Source: Pocillopora damicornis
Lineage: Eukaryota
Length of the DNA stretch: 64,000 nt
NCBI RefSeq assembly: GCF_003704095.1
Contig: NW_020844201.1
Location: 62,001 to 126,000 of the forward strand
Reading direction: 5' to 3'
Both the position numbers and the translations under genes were made by a program. The notes beneath the pieces were generated by a model, which saw only the letters and a list, made by a program, of their open reading frames with translations, was not told the origin of the DNA and did no database searches. Below are positions 26,125-38,600 of this stretch, one piece after another (the stretch's first letter is position 1; each line of letters begins with the position of its first letter).

Positions 26125-26397
26125 TCACGTAATGAAAGGCCTCTCATGATCTATAGCGTATTGAATGGCGGAAGAACTTGATACACCACAATCTATTACC
26201 GCTTCCTTTATAGTGTCATATGCTTTGCAAAACCCTCTTTCATCGCTCACTTCAACCATGCGTCTCTTTGTCCAAGAACGATAGCCGAGCATTGCTTTCA
26301 TTTCTTTGCTTGGAATCTTGTTTCTGTATTTTATTTCGCAGCCTTTAACAACTTCTCTGAATTCTTTTGTGCGTATTGGAATTAAATTTGTTACCAT
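26125..26397 (-). CDS. Small element-encoded protein, possible NUMOD1-like helix-turn-helix
   Basis: Intact 90-aa ATG-initiated ORF divergent from polB. AYDTIKEAVIDCGVSSSSAIQYAID resembles the F/Y-x-S/T-I-x-EA HTH pattern. Confidence 0.45.
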   Translation of the reverse strand: MVTNLIPIRTKEFREVVKGCEIKYRNKIPSKEMKAMLGYRSWTKRRMVEVSDERGFCKAYDTIKEAVIDCGVSSSSAIQYAIDHERPFIT

Positions 26398-26459
26398 TTC
26401 AATAACATTTTTGAAATTTTTAAAAAAATTGTTTCAGGTAATATAAAGAAATAGAAACC

Positions 26460-28330
26460 CAAAAGGTTCTATAATTAAGAGCTGAGGCAAAACGGCTCGT
26501 ACTCAAAAGGAATTCAAGACTGTATACAAAACAGGATTGATTCAGTTGATCAGCTCCGCTGGCCAAATTCTTGATCAGACAGTTCAAGAAATTGATGTTC
26601 CACTTCTAACACCAACAAGGTATGTCCCATAATGGAATTAGAGAAATCGAGGAGATGCTCGGATTGAGAAATAGTCCAGAATAGAGTCGAAAATATATCT
26701 AAAAAATCAAAGTATCAAGTCCAGAAGAAGGACAGCGAGAGAGAAAAGTCAGAGAAATCAAAGAGATTTATAGGAAGAGCACTCAACTCAGAATTAGTAA
26801 AACAGCCAGCGCATTTAGAGGTTTGATAAAAAGCATTAGCAGACTGTTATAAAATCATACCTTCAAGGATGAGAAAGCAAGAGATTATTGCCTTAGGTGT
26901 CTGAAACACTTCTCAAGCAAAGAAAAGCTTAACTTCTACACTAAGAGTATTGCTCAAGAAATGAGGCAGCCTGGATCGAGATGCCAGATAAGGGTCGTGT
27001 AATCAAATTAGAGAATCATTACAACTTAATAAGAGTGTGGTTTATGCTGATTTTGAGGCTTGCGCTAAACCAATGAGTGGTCACACTAGTGGATACACTA
27101 ATCAGTATCAACTGGATACACTAATCAGTATCAAAAGCATAAACCATGTGGGTTCGGCTATCATACCGTCTGCTTCGATGATAAAGCCAGTCATCTATTG
27201 GACAAAAAGTGAGGATGAAGATGTTGCACGGATATTTGTTTAAATTCTTGAAGATAATATCAAAAAGAAAGTGGTCTTAAGCGATGAAGACAGACGTAAT
27301 TTTAAACAAGTAACACACGACAAAGTGAGAGACCATTGCCATTTCACGGGGAGGCATTGTGGACAGCTCACTACAAATGCAACCTACAATTAAAGAAGTC
27401 AAATTTCACTCTGTCATCTTTCACAATTTGGCTGGTTATGACTAATCTATTCGTTAAGAATCTCGGTAAGACTGAAGTAAACATCAAATGCAATCCCAAT
27501 AATGAGGAAAAGTACATCAGCTTCGGTAAAGATGTCGTTGTTGGCTCTTTCCAAAAAAAGTTGACTTCAAGAACGAGCTTCGCTTTATCGACAGCTTCAA
27601 GTTCATGGCTTCTTCTGTCGATAAATTGGTTAGTAATTTGAGTCTTGATAAACTGAAGGGCACTGAGAAGGTATTCAAGGACAAAATCGAGTTGGTCTCA
27701 AGAAAGAGTGTGTACCCTTATGACTAAGTTCGATGAAACAGAACTGCCACCAAAAGATAAGTTCTACTCAAAGCTGAATGACTGTGATATATCTGATGAA
27801 GATTATGAGCACGCAAAGAATGTCTGGAATGAGTTCCAAATTAAGACGACAAGTGATTATCATGACCATCATCTCAAGAAAGACGTTCTCCTGCCTGCAG
27901 ATGTAAATGAAGAGTTCAGAAACGTCTATCTTGAGAATTATTAGCTCGACCCTGTCTGGTATTGCAGTCAAGTGTTCCTGGATTGGCTTGGGATGCTGCA
28001 TTGAAGGTGACAAACGTTGAGTTTGTGCTATTGAGGGAACCAGACATGCCGCTGATGACTGAAAAAGGAAGTCGTGAAGTCAATGATCTAAGATCTCAAA
28101 TCGCTTTGCACGGGCAAATACTCCATATACGGGTGAAGCTTTTGATGAAACAAAGCCAACGAAACACATCACCTGCCTTGATGCAAAAAATATTTAAAGA
28201 TGGGCAATGTGCAAGCCTCTTCCTGTCAGAGGTTTGAAGTGGATGACCGACTTTCACAACTGGAGAAATAGCCCTTGCATTCTTGAGGTGGATCTTGAGT
28301 ATCTAAAAGAGCTTTATGACTTGCATAACA
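26460..28330 (+). pseudogene. Protein-primed family B DNA polymerase (pPolB) remnant
   Basis: Motifs across frames: YCLRCLKHFSS, VYADFEA (Exo I), VRDHCHFTG, IFHNLAGYD (Exo II), NNEEKYISF, LRFIDSFKFM, FDETELPPKDKFYSKLN...EDYEHAKNVWNEF, PGLAWDAALK, GWAMCKPLP, ILEVDLEY. Many stops and frameshifts; C-terminus missing. Confidence 0.92.
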
Positions 28331-28415
28331 ACTTGAAAAGAACTTGTGTAGGTACTTGAATAGGAACTTATGTAAGGAACTGTTAGGAACTGAAAATCAT
28401 ATATCAACGAATAAC

Positions 28416-28695
28416 ATGGATGCTAAAGAACCTATGAAAAGTATGAAGAAAATCGAACAAAGCTCCTCGATTGATTTCAATTAATAACAAAGTCAAGGAG
28501 CAGGAAAAACAGATTTTGGTGGACACAGATTATGCTTTGAAGCTGTACATCAAGGCGCATAATCAAGATCTTGATCTGAGAGAACAACAGCTTTCCGGCT
28601 CCTACAAGCCAAGTGTTCAACTAAAGCAAGGTGGAACGAGTTACGTCGGAGGAATGGCTTTGGCTTTGGGATTGGCTGTTTGTAGTTTCTTTTGA
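28416..28695 (+). pseudogene. Small frameshifted element ORF with C-terminal hydrophobic segment
   Basis: Ends ...GGTSYVGGMALALGLAVCSFF*; lies between polB and the integrase. Confidence 0.35.
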
Positions 28696-28740
28696 ACTAT
28701 AATATAATGAAAAAAACATTCAAGAGAACAACAGAAAACA

Positions 28741-29730
28741 TTCAAGAGTCTAATATAGCCCTAAAGGCTTTTGGAAGGGACTGGCCGCAGCGAAGAAGTT
28801 GGCTTAAGAAGCTGAAGTATCTGCAAAGCTTGAGCTGATCAAGCAAGCCGTCTGGCAGACTTATTTGCCTGCCCGAAAGCATATCCCGAGACCAACTTTA
28901 ATGTTGGGTCTCCAAATGCAGTTCATCAAGCTGATCTTCTTTTCCTTCCTTATGACAGGCTCCTGAGAGGGAAGAAAGTCTATAAATATGCATAGACAGT
29001 TGTTGATGTTACAATTAGATTCAAGGCTGCCGAGCCTCTCACCTCAAAGGATTCTACTGAGGTCTCAAGAGCTTTTCAGACAATCTATAAGCGAGGACCA
29101 TCGAGATGCCCAAAAGTTCTACAAGTTGATCCTGGACGTGAATTCACCGGTGATGTCACAAGAGAGGTGGCAGAGCATGATGTAAGGATAAGAAGAGGGA
29201 ATGTGAACTTTCATAGGGATCAGGGAACCGTTGAGTGATTCAATGGAGCTTTAGGTGAACGTCTCTTCACTTTCCAATGCAGTCAGGAGATTAACTTCAA
29301 ATAGGGAAAGAGATCGACAGAATGGGTGAAGGGGCTTCCAGAAGTTGGTTCAGCTTTGAATAATGAAGTGACCATTTTGACAGGAAAGAAACCTGTTGAC
29401 GCAATCAAAGAGAAGGTGGTTGACGCGAAGGGTTCAACCATTTATTCAAGGTCTGTTGGCATGGAAGGGAAGAGACTCGACTCTTCAAGAAGTGTGAGAT
29501 ATCTCTATGTCGCTGGTGAGTAGGAAGGTGATCAAAGAGGAGCAACAGATCCCGTTTGGTCTCTGAAGGTCCTCAATATTGAGAGATAAATTGGGAATAA
29601 GAATGAGCCACTTTTCCTCTATGTGAAAGATGAACCAAAGCGTGGTTTCGTTAGAGAAGAGCTTCAGAATGTTCCTCTTGGAGCTGAGTTGCCTCCTGAA
29701 GGAATTCGTTGCTTTGAAAATTACTATTAA
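28741..29730 (+). pseudogene. Retroviral-like (RVE, DDE) integrase remnant of Polinton/adintovirus type
   Basis: YSPKGFWKG, PNAVHQADLLFLP, VVDV..RFKAAEPL, LQVDPGREF, HRDQGTVE*FNGALGERLF, EWVKGLPEV, RATDP-like GATDPVWS, KRGFVREEL. Several in-frame stops. Confidence 0.92.
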
Positions 29731-29792
29731 AAATTAGTTTCTCAATAGACCCAAGCAATCCTGGTAAATCAATTCAAGAAACTAGTAAAGAG

Positions 29793-29870
29793 ATGAACAA
29801 TGAAAAGATCGTCAATCGTGTCAATCCAACTGACAACGAAGACGCAGTGACCAAGAAGTATGTTGATGAA
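29793..29870 (+). pseudogene. Fragment with fibre/tail-type repeat motif
   Basis: MNNEKIVNRVNPTDNEDAVTKKYVD resembles the P....DA.TKxYVD motif of viral and phage fibre-like proteins. Confidence 0.5.
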
Positions 29871-30193
29871 AAAACAAAACAAAACAAAACAACAAAAAAA
29901 ACAGAAACAATCGATTTATTCTCTTTTTTGTCAAAATATGCCCCCAAAGTCTCATCATCGATGCATTCATCAAAGAAAAAGCAACGTGCTGGTATCACAC
30001 AGGCCACGACTCAAACAGTGAACTACATCATTCTAAAAACTATAGCGTTACTGCGTATGATCAATCAGGATTGATCAAACATGCAACACTAAAAATAAAC
30101 TTCACTCAGACCAAAAAAATCAACTTCAATATATATATAAAAAATATAATATATAATATATATATGTATAATGTAATATATATAATATATATA

Positions 30194-30452
30194 CAGCTAT
30201 TTCAATTTACGTTGTCGGATCAAAGCCTCAAGCCTACAAGAGGAACCGCTTTTAAGCAATAGGAGTCATATCTGTTCTTGTTGCTCTTTGTTAAGACGCG
30301 CAAGGCAATACTTATTGTATTTTCAGCCTCCATGTCCATCTCGCGCCGACAACCCCTAAAGCCTAAAATTAATTCTAATCTACCCATACCGCCTTTCGGT
30401 CTTGTCCCGTACCCTTGAAGCTTTGATCCGACAACGTAAATTGAAATAGCTG
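30194..30452. mobile_element. 259-bp MITE with 33-bp perfect terminal inverted repeats (TA target, Tc1/mariner-like)
   Basis: CAGCTATTTCAATTTACGTTGTCGGATCAAAGC at 30194-30226 and its exact reverse complement at 30420-30452, both flanked by TA within an AT microsatellite-like tract. Confidence 0.92.
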
Positions 30453-30569
30453 TATATATAAATATATAATAAGAATATGTAATAAGAAGCAAAGGCATGA
30501 AATCTTCACACAAACAATCAACACCCTTTCAGCGGCGCTGATGGCGCGACAAGAGGACCATTCAAGATG

Positions 30570-31790
30570 ATAACATTCACATCCTCTTCACGGAAAAATC
30601 ACTCGACATCGCACACGCAAATAATGTAAATAAAATGGCTTCTGAAATTGACCAACATGAAACAACAGTTGGTGTTTTCTTGTATCTTTCCAAAGCATTC
30701 GCACTTGACCATCATATCTTGTTTGCCAAATCGGAGCATTAGTGTATCCGTGACGTGGCTCTGCACTGGTTTAAAAGCTACTTTTCTTGCCCAATTTGGT
30801 TAATTCAACCAAGCTTGTTCTCCAATGCAAACCATCGAGTGTGGTTTTCGTGAAGGTTCTATTTTAGGCCATTTATTGTTTATTCTGTATATAAATGACC
30901 TCCCTAATGCCTCTAAATTAACAGACCTTCTGCTTTTCGCTGACCACTCTAGTATCTTTTATTCTCACTTAAACCCAAATTCCTTAGAATCCGTACTTAG
31001 TGATGAACTTCAAAATATTGATGTTTGGCTAAAATGTGATAAGCTTTCTGAATAATTTAAGATAAGAAAACTAATCACGAAAATTTTAAACCCAGGCAGA
31101 AGAAATTCATCTCCAGCATTTCTCATGCTTTTGGAGGTAAACCCTTACAACAGTCCAGTATAACTAAATTCCTTGGGGTCTCTATCGACGATGATCTCAT
31201 CTTGAAACACCATATCGGCTATATATGTAAACAAATCGCCAAATCAATAGGAAGGTTTCGCTTCTTCCTATCCTCTTCAACCAAACTCGCTTTGTATCAC
31301 ACTTTAATTTATTCTTATATTGTCTATTGTAACTCCGCCTGGTCTTCCACATACGTATCTAACTCAAATAGAATTTTTTTTGGCGAAAGCGAGCTGTGCG
31401 GGCTATCACCAACTCAGATTATTGAGGTCATTCTCCAAACTAGGAATTTTTAGATATTTTCCAAGTCACTACGTTTGAAAATGTCAAATTAATGTTTTAT
31501 TGCAAAAATAACCTATTGCCCCCACTGCTACTCAATTATTTTGTTACAAAGAGCCAAATTTTACTGCTATGGTACAAGAACAGCCAGTAATTATCGAACG
31601 CATTTGTGGCGCACAGATCTTAGGCAATTCACAATTCTCTACTAAGGTCCTTAAATTTGAAACTCTCTTCCTGTTTCTGTCATTCGTTCGTCAAATCTTT
31701 TCCGCTTTAAGACGAAAATGCAAGAGTTTTTACTTAGATAAACACTGACTTGGCCCAGCCGCACCTTCGCAGCACTTATTATTATTTTAA
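30570..31790 (+). mobile_element. CR1/L2-type LINE reverse transcriptase remnant
   Basis: VGVFLYLSKAF, ALHWFKSYF, CGFREGSILGHLLFILYINDLPNASKLTDLLLFADHSSIFYS, KFLGVSIDDDL, LYHTLIYSYIVYCNSAWSST. Frameshifted. Confidence 0.9.
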
Positions 31791-33425
31791 TAATCTCACC
31801 TTCCATAAATCATAATGCTGTAAAAAATTTGTTTGTATGGTTAAAAAGGCAAATAAATGATGATAAAGATGATGAATACTACTACATCGAATGCTCATGT
31901 ATTTACCGCTGTCTTTTAGCATTTCCACATTATCACAACACAGTTCTTCTTTTACACCATGATCTTGGCGTAGTTTATTACAAAAAGCAATTCATTTCTC
32001 CAAGGTTCTTTAATTTATCACGAGTTTCCTAATTACAGTTAATTTATACAATATTACATTAGCTTTAATTTTTTTAATGATATAGCCGCATGACAATCGT
32101 TATATAGGATCATAAGCTGTACTTCTCCTTTAACAATCTGGTGATACGATTCCATAATAGTGTGCAATAGTCGCCCTGCAGCGACGATTCCACGCCCGAG
32201 ATCTGACCCCATTATGTGACGCAATTATTTCGAGACGAACCTATCGTCGATTAAAAAAGTCAACTCTTCCCACCAGGCTTGTCAAAATTTTTAACGCTCG
32301 CCATCCCATGCTTGAAGCGTTGCTTCTGCCCTGCCGCAAGTTAAATTGAAGAAAAATGAAATCCAGCAATTGAAAACTACAAAATAGCAAAATCACATAC
32401 TTCTATATCGTGAGATCACTAGAAAAAGACCAATCGAGCTAAAGCTCTCTTCCCACCAAGGTCACGGCGAGGGTAACTTTCAGTCACACCATTCCCTTCT
32501 CGAAGCTTCGCTTCTGCGCTGCTGGGTGACTTCAGTTACTCTATCCCGAAAAAGCAATCAGAAAGCTTCGCGACATGATGTAAAAAAAAATAATTTCCAT
32601 TGTATGAAAAGTGGTATACAGAGTTGGCTCAGTTCTGAGATAATATTCCTGAAACTGATCTCGAACCGCCAATTCCTTGCCCAAGGACTAACCAAGGATG
32701 TAATAACTTTTTTGGCTGCTAAAAAGCTCGCTGGCATTAATTAAAACTTTCAGAAAAACTTGACCTTTCGAATGATTTGTAGATTGTTGATATAGGAGTC
32801 CTTTAAAGTGAGAATTTCTAAGAGCTTCCCCTTTAGCTCCTCTACGAACTCATTTTGGAAAGACTTCTCAATTTCTAGTACAACTCATTCCAGACATTCC
32901 CGAGCACGTTTTTGGTGCTTAAGAAGCGTGTAAAGGTACGATTTATATGTTTGGCCCCAAGCTATCAGACCATAAGCTAGATATGGTGTGATGAGAGAAC
33001 GAAAAATGCTTAAGAGAGCATGTCTTGGCACTAAATATCGCAATTAAGAGATCAGTCTGGTTAGTTATAAGTTTGGCTAATTTTGACTGCTTTACGTTTA
33101 ATATGGTGTTTCCAAGACAGATGATTGTTGATTAAAATTCCTTGATATCTCACAAATTCCTTGCATTCCAAGACTACTCTCTTTAAGTTCATTATTTGGG
33201 GTTGGTAAGTAAGTTTTTTTTAGCGGTACAATATAATACGAAATTTGTTTTCTTTATATTCAAGTACAACTTATTTTCCGTCAACCAATCACACAGTTTG
33301 CAGACTTCCTGGTGCACAATTTCCTATTGTGATTATAGGTTTTTTTAGCATACAAAATGTTTGTGTCGTCAGCAAATAGAAAAAAAATTAAGTTTGTCGG
33401 AGGATTCGTAGATATCATCGGTATA

Positions 33426-34141
33426 ATTTCTTAAAAAAGTTTGTGGTTATTCATCGTGGTGAATAACAATAAAAGCTAAGTTTTTCGTTTGTCTCACGAT
33501 GTAGTCACGTGTGATGTAGATCGCGACGTTTCGTCTGCATACCGCTAGTCTCCTTCAGGCGATGAGATCGACTGGTCATGTGTGATCATGAGCATGATGC
33601 TCTGCTGTGATTAGTATTTTTTCAACAGCTCTGATTGGTACTTTTCGATCCCTGCTGTTCACTCAGTGATTTGCTCCCTCGGCGGTCCGCTGTCGCACGG
33701 CTCTCCTGTTGTTGTGTTTTTTGATCTAGGGGATCCACGCTTCTGAAAGTTTTTTTTTCCACTATCCCTGTTGATATTGTTAGGGCGAGGCCTTATATGA
33801 ATTGCCTCTTTGATCCTGCGCGTGTAGTAATAACGGTCACGATCAATAAACTTTACTTCGTTCCTGAGTGGCTTGTGTCCAGTGTTGTGGGCATGCTCTG
33901 AAACGGCGGAGTTCTCGGTACGGGCGAGTCGAATGTCTCGATCGTGCTCCTTAATTCTGTCTTGCGTAGGTCTTCCAGTCTCTCCGATGTACAACGTGCC
34001 GCATTCACATGGAATCCTGTAAACTACGCCATCTTGTTTAGCCGGGTCGACAGCGTATTTTGGTCGTACTAACTGAGATCTTAGCGTAGTCTCCGACTTG
34101 AAAACAGCGCGTACGTCTTGTTGTTGTAGGCAACGGCGATG
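33426..34141 (-). mobile_element. 5'-truncated Penelope-like element (GIY-YIG endonuclease region) with 6-bp target-site duplication
   Basis: QDGVVYRIPCECGTLYIGETGRPTQDRIKEH...SAVSEHAHNTGH...RRIKEAIHIR...NINRDSG. Flanked by GGTATA at 33420-33425 and 34142-34147. Confidence 0.93.
33520..33563 (-). ncRNA. Minimal hammerhead ribozyme motif, core-mutated copy
   Basis: atcgc-CTGAAGG-agactagc-ggtat-gcagac-GAAAC-GTC-gcgat: perfect stem I, an A9-to-G change and one stem II mismatch relative to the copy at 25138. Confidence 0.55.
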
Positions 34142-35648
34142 GGTATAGATTAGAAACAGTAGTGGGTCAACAGTGGTGGGCCTTGCGGTACGCCACAGAT
34201 AGTGTTGGTTCTTGCGGATACATGCGAATCAATTTGAGTTGTCTGGGTTCTGCCTTGCAAGTAAGATGAAAACTATTTATTTATTGTGTCACGGAATCCA
34301 TAATGACCTAACTTCTTGTGGATAATGTTTAGAACGACAGTGTCAAAGGCTTTTTTCAGATCGAAAAGACTCCACATAAATAAGCGTTTGTCCATATTCG
34401 TCTGGAAGGTGTTTACGATATCTAGAATTGCATGCTGAGTTGAATGCAGTTTATGGAAGCCGTATTTAGAGAGAGAGAGAGCAATTTTTTTTCTCGATGA
34501 AATATTTCATTTTACTGTGCATCAATGTTTCGAAGACATCTGCCTTGAGAATATGTATGACCTTTGCCACTTTTTTTTTAGTTTAGGTAAACAAATTGAG
34601 TTCGACAAATTTGAGATAGTTGAGATAGACAAATTAATAATTTCAGCGAGGAAACTGCAGCCTTGACGTCAGCTAAATTATTATGAAGTAATTGAGAATG
34701 ATTTTGCTGTTCACTAATGCGCGTCAAGGGGCAAATATTATTGCGATGTATTTTCAACTTATTCACTTCACCAGATGCATAAAGCTTATTTTTGATTCTA
34801 ATGGATATTCGTAAGTCTTAGTAATCCATGGTTTGGAGAGTTTTTTTGCTTTTATACAGTTGGAAATTGTTTTTCTAGGTGCATGCTTGTTTATTGTCTT
34901 ATTTACTTTGTAAAAATGCAAAACACATCTAAGACGCGAAAGTTAAAAGACTCATCAATGAAAATTTCTACGCCTCCTTACGTCAGGGGTGTTGGAACAT
35001 ATTCAAATATGTAGCCTGGTATCCTTGCTATAAATATCTGTGGATAAGGATAAGTGACGTTTGTTTCCGTTACTCCAACAATATTGAAATTAAAGTCTAA
35101 TTCGTGCAAGAGAGTCTGAAGATTTTCAAGGTTACGGTTCAGACAAAAGAAATTGTTGTGGAAATTGATAGGCCGCGGTCTGTTTTATCCTTTGACAACC
35201 TGATTTTCAACTGCCTACAACTAAGTTTTTCAACGATTTTCCAATTGGAGGTTCGGGAAAGAACGAAGGATACAGTGTGGCCCCATGTTTAAAACCAAAA
35301 ACGAACCAAAGGAAATGCAAAATCTTTATTCTATTTCTGTGGAATCGGAACTTTCTAACTCCGACGTTCTATCCTGCGGCAAAACGCCTGATGTTGTACA
35401 AGAAAGAGGGCTGACAGCTTTCGTAATTGTCAACAGTAGCAAAAGCCGTAGCTCTGAGACTAGCTAAGACCTCGAAGCATTAAACATACGTCAATTTCAG
35501 AAAATACACCACCTCTTAAAGGAATAGGCACGCCTGTACATCAAGCAGAAGCAAGGTATAAGCAAAAGAGCTTTAAACATGAAATGTTACATTTAAAATA
35601 ACCAGCTACTACACAATGACCGATGATGAACACTGTTATCGCCGTTTA

Positions 35649-38600
35649 TTACTCTCCGTCATTCTCTCGATCAAGTGGGCTGCCAGATATATACAGACAT
35701 CTGAAAGCCTCTCCTGTCGCTCGCGTGCAAGTCAGTCCTTGTTGACAGAGGCAATTTTCGGGAAGGCCAGGCTGCAAAATAAGAGTTTATCATAATAATT
35801 TGTTCACTCACCATACTTCAGCCATTCCTCTGGTAAAGAAAATGCACTGAAACTTTGTGTACTGCTATTTACCTCGTGGAAAGTTACAGGGGGGAAAGAA
35901 GTACCTTTCAATGATTTTATCATGATCATCTCTTAGAGTGCTCATTAGTTCGCATTTACGACGTTGGTTCTTATTCTGGATGACTAATCGGAGTTTGGAA
36001 AAAAATGGTTGTCGCCCAATTTCCGGTAAGCTACTACAAAGGCGACTTATTAACTTCATGCGCGCTGGTGAGCTTGGGAATAAGGAAAAAATTCACCACT
36101 TTCTTAATGAACGATTTCAAACCAACATGAAATTATACAAAGTAAGGATATGCGGTACGGCACCAATGAATGACCTTAAGGGGGATTTCAGATAAAACAT
36201 ATTCGTGACAAGGTCAGGATATATATCGTGGTTTTTGTGTTGCTGAGTCATAAGCATGGTAATTGTAGTTCAGTTGTCGTTTTAGAAAATGATTCTAAAT
36301 GAGGATAGCATCCCTGCATGCATGGTTGGCATATCAAACATCTAAGGTGGTTGATTAGATAGTCATCGCTGCAAAGACGAACGGGCGATGCGAAAAATCC
36401 ACGATTTAGAGCAAGTGGGACCTCAACTTGACTCCTCTTAGTTCCTCTTGAGACCCAGGCAGTTTTTCTCCGAAAAGGCACTTGCGCGCCCGTAACTTCC
36501 AGTTACAAAGGCCACATAAAGAGAAAATACGATTAAGAAACCTAAAATCCGACCATGTTGCTCGGTATCTGAATGCACTTAACGAAAAACTGAGCTTTTA
36601 CGACGAATCGAATCAAAATTAATTTAAAAGTGTCCTTTAAGACCTTTCACGTCCTGAGTTTGAATCAATCACTATTTTTAAGGTGAAAAAAAAGATAGTC
36701 CTTACTATTTCATATGGATTGCATATCTCCCCAAATAAACTGATCTTCTTGCAGACTTTCACAGCTTTCGTCTTTAAGAGAGCGCAGCATTCGTCTTTAG
36801 AACAATCTCTCTCAGTTTTACATGTGCTCTGACCTGCAATGCCCTGGTGAATAAAAAGGAAGTTTCAAAATTGCAGTCCAAGAGTTTTTGAATTGCCACA
36901 ACTTGTTTTTAAGCCAACCATGATAGTGTAGTGGCAGATTAATCATGGTTACCTTGTGATGAGTTGTTGGTAGCGAGGGCAGCCACGACTGTTTGGATTG
37001 TTTCCTTCTTTTCCCGCCTTCCACAAAGCCCTGTATACCAAAAGGGAAAAACTATTCCAGCTAAGCGTAACCACTGATCATGAAGAGCGTCTGCTCCTCT
37101 AAACCTGACGGGCACATGATAACGTAATTCAAGATTGCGCCAAAGGCATGCAAATGACTGGTTAGTTCATTAATCAAACAGTGGAATGGTAAATTGGGGA
37201 GATCATGCTATGCTAGTGGGTGGCTGTGACTTATTTAAAAAGTATGCCCGTAAGTTAAATGTATTATCAAAATAATTAATTCAACCTATCGTCTGATCTT
37301 TCCAATGCCCACACTGGACTTCCTATACGAATACGGAACAAAGTGCTTGAAGTATTTCATAACAAGCTAAAAAATCGTTAAAGTTATAAAAGGTCTCAGA
37401 ACTGTTGTTTTGTTGCTGTTGTTTTCGAAGGGCCTCGAATAACTAAAATCATGTTTATTGTTGATGACCTAAAAATAACTTCCCCAACTAAATACTAAAT
37501 ACGGAATAAAGTGCTTGAAGTATTTCATAACAAGCTAAAAAAAACAAAGAAAACTAAAGTTATAAAAGGTCTCAGAACTGTTGTTTTGTTAGACAACGAA
37601 GGGCCTCAAATAACTAAAATCATGTTTATTGATGATGACCTAAAAATAACTTCTCCAACTAAAAACGGCTTTGTATTTGTTCAAACTACAAAGCTTTCTT
37701 TACTTCCTACAATTTTTTTAATTTCAGTTTAATTATGGGGATGAATACGTCGCGTCACTGGTCAAACACTTTTATTTATTTCACGTGTAATTTCTTATCT
37801 GATACACGAGGCTTCGATGCTCAGTTGATAAACCACACTGGACCTAAAAGACGAGAATTCAAGCCCTGTCGAGGCCTGAACTCTTCTCCAACACATTACT
37901 TTCTTCAATTTATTTAATTTGTCTTTTAGCCGTTTAGGGATCCATTTTTTGCCATGACATCCAAAGGTAAAACGTCATATATTTCTAATATTATTTTCAA
38001 CGCTATCTGATAACGAAGAGGAGATGTGACCTTCATCATGATAGCTCTAGTCTCGGTGTAAGGAGAGTTTATTTTACTCTCTTTATCAATCACTCTTCTG
38101 CTTCACTTTCTCCTCGTTCCCGCATAAAAACCCCATTTTGACGGCAAAATGAGTTGTAGAAAATATTTGTGGACTGAGTTATCGTTAGTGTAACTCAAAA
38201 TTACTTTTAAACACTTCGCAGTATCGCTTAAGAACCGAGATAAATAAGCCTGCCAGAGGTTTTGATAAACTGATCGGGATGGGATATGCTTAGTGCATGG
38301 AAAAACCTGAAAAGATTAATCGAAGCTAAAACGTGCATCACTGGAAAAGCAATAATTTCCAAGGTCAACGCATGGAAAAGCCGAATAATTCATTTAAAAA
38401 AGTTTGGCTATTGCGTAAGAAAGTTTGAAAGGTTAACTCGTACAAAAGTTTGAAGCTTATTGTAAGGAAAAACTCAACCAAAAGCTTAAATGAAACTTAT
38501 TGCATGAAAAAGGTTACCCTGGCCAAAGCTTTCAAGATCCAGAATGCAAACCGGCAATCTTACCCCAGTTAGGCCAGCTATATATTAATTCATTTCGAAG

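Larger units (their letters stand above)
23880..30120. mobile_element. Decayed Polinton/Maverick (adintovirus-like) endogenous element
   Basis: Co-located pPolB remnant, RVE integrase remnant and several small virus-like ORFs. Terminal inverted repeats were not found, so boundaries are approximate. Confidence 0.85.
32700..34930 (-). mobile_element. Second CR1/L2-type LINE remnant, split by a Penelope insertion
   Basis: YGFHKLHSTQHAILDIVN, DLKKAFDTV, CGVPQG, LFLIY before the insertion, then YTDDIYESSDKL..LFADDTNILYA after it. Confidence 0.88.

Noticed and set aside
28330-28395. Short repeated ggaact/aactt motifs, and gactct repeats at about 23755-23805, as Polinton termini or a CRISPR-like array
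   Set aside because: Low-complexity, no matching inverted partner and no repeat-spacer structure; the DNA is eukaryotic.
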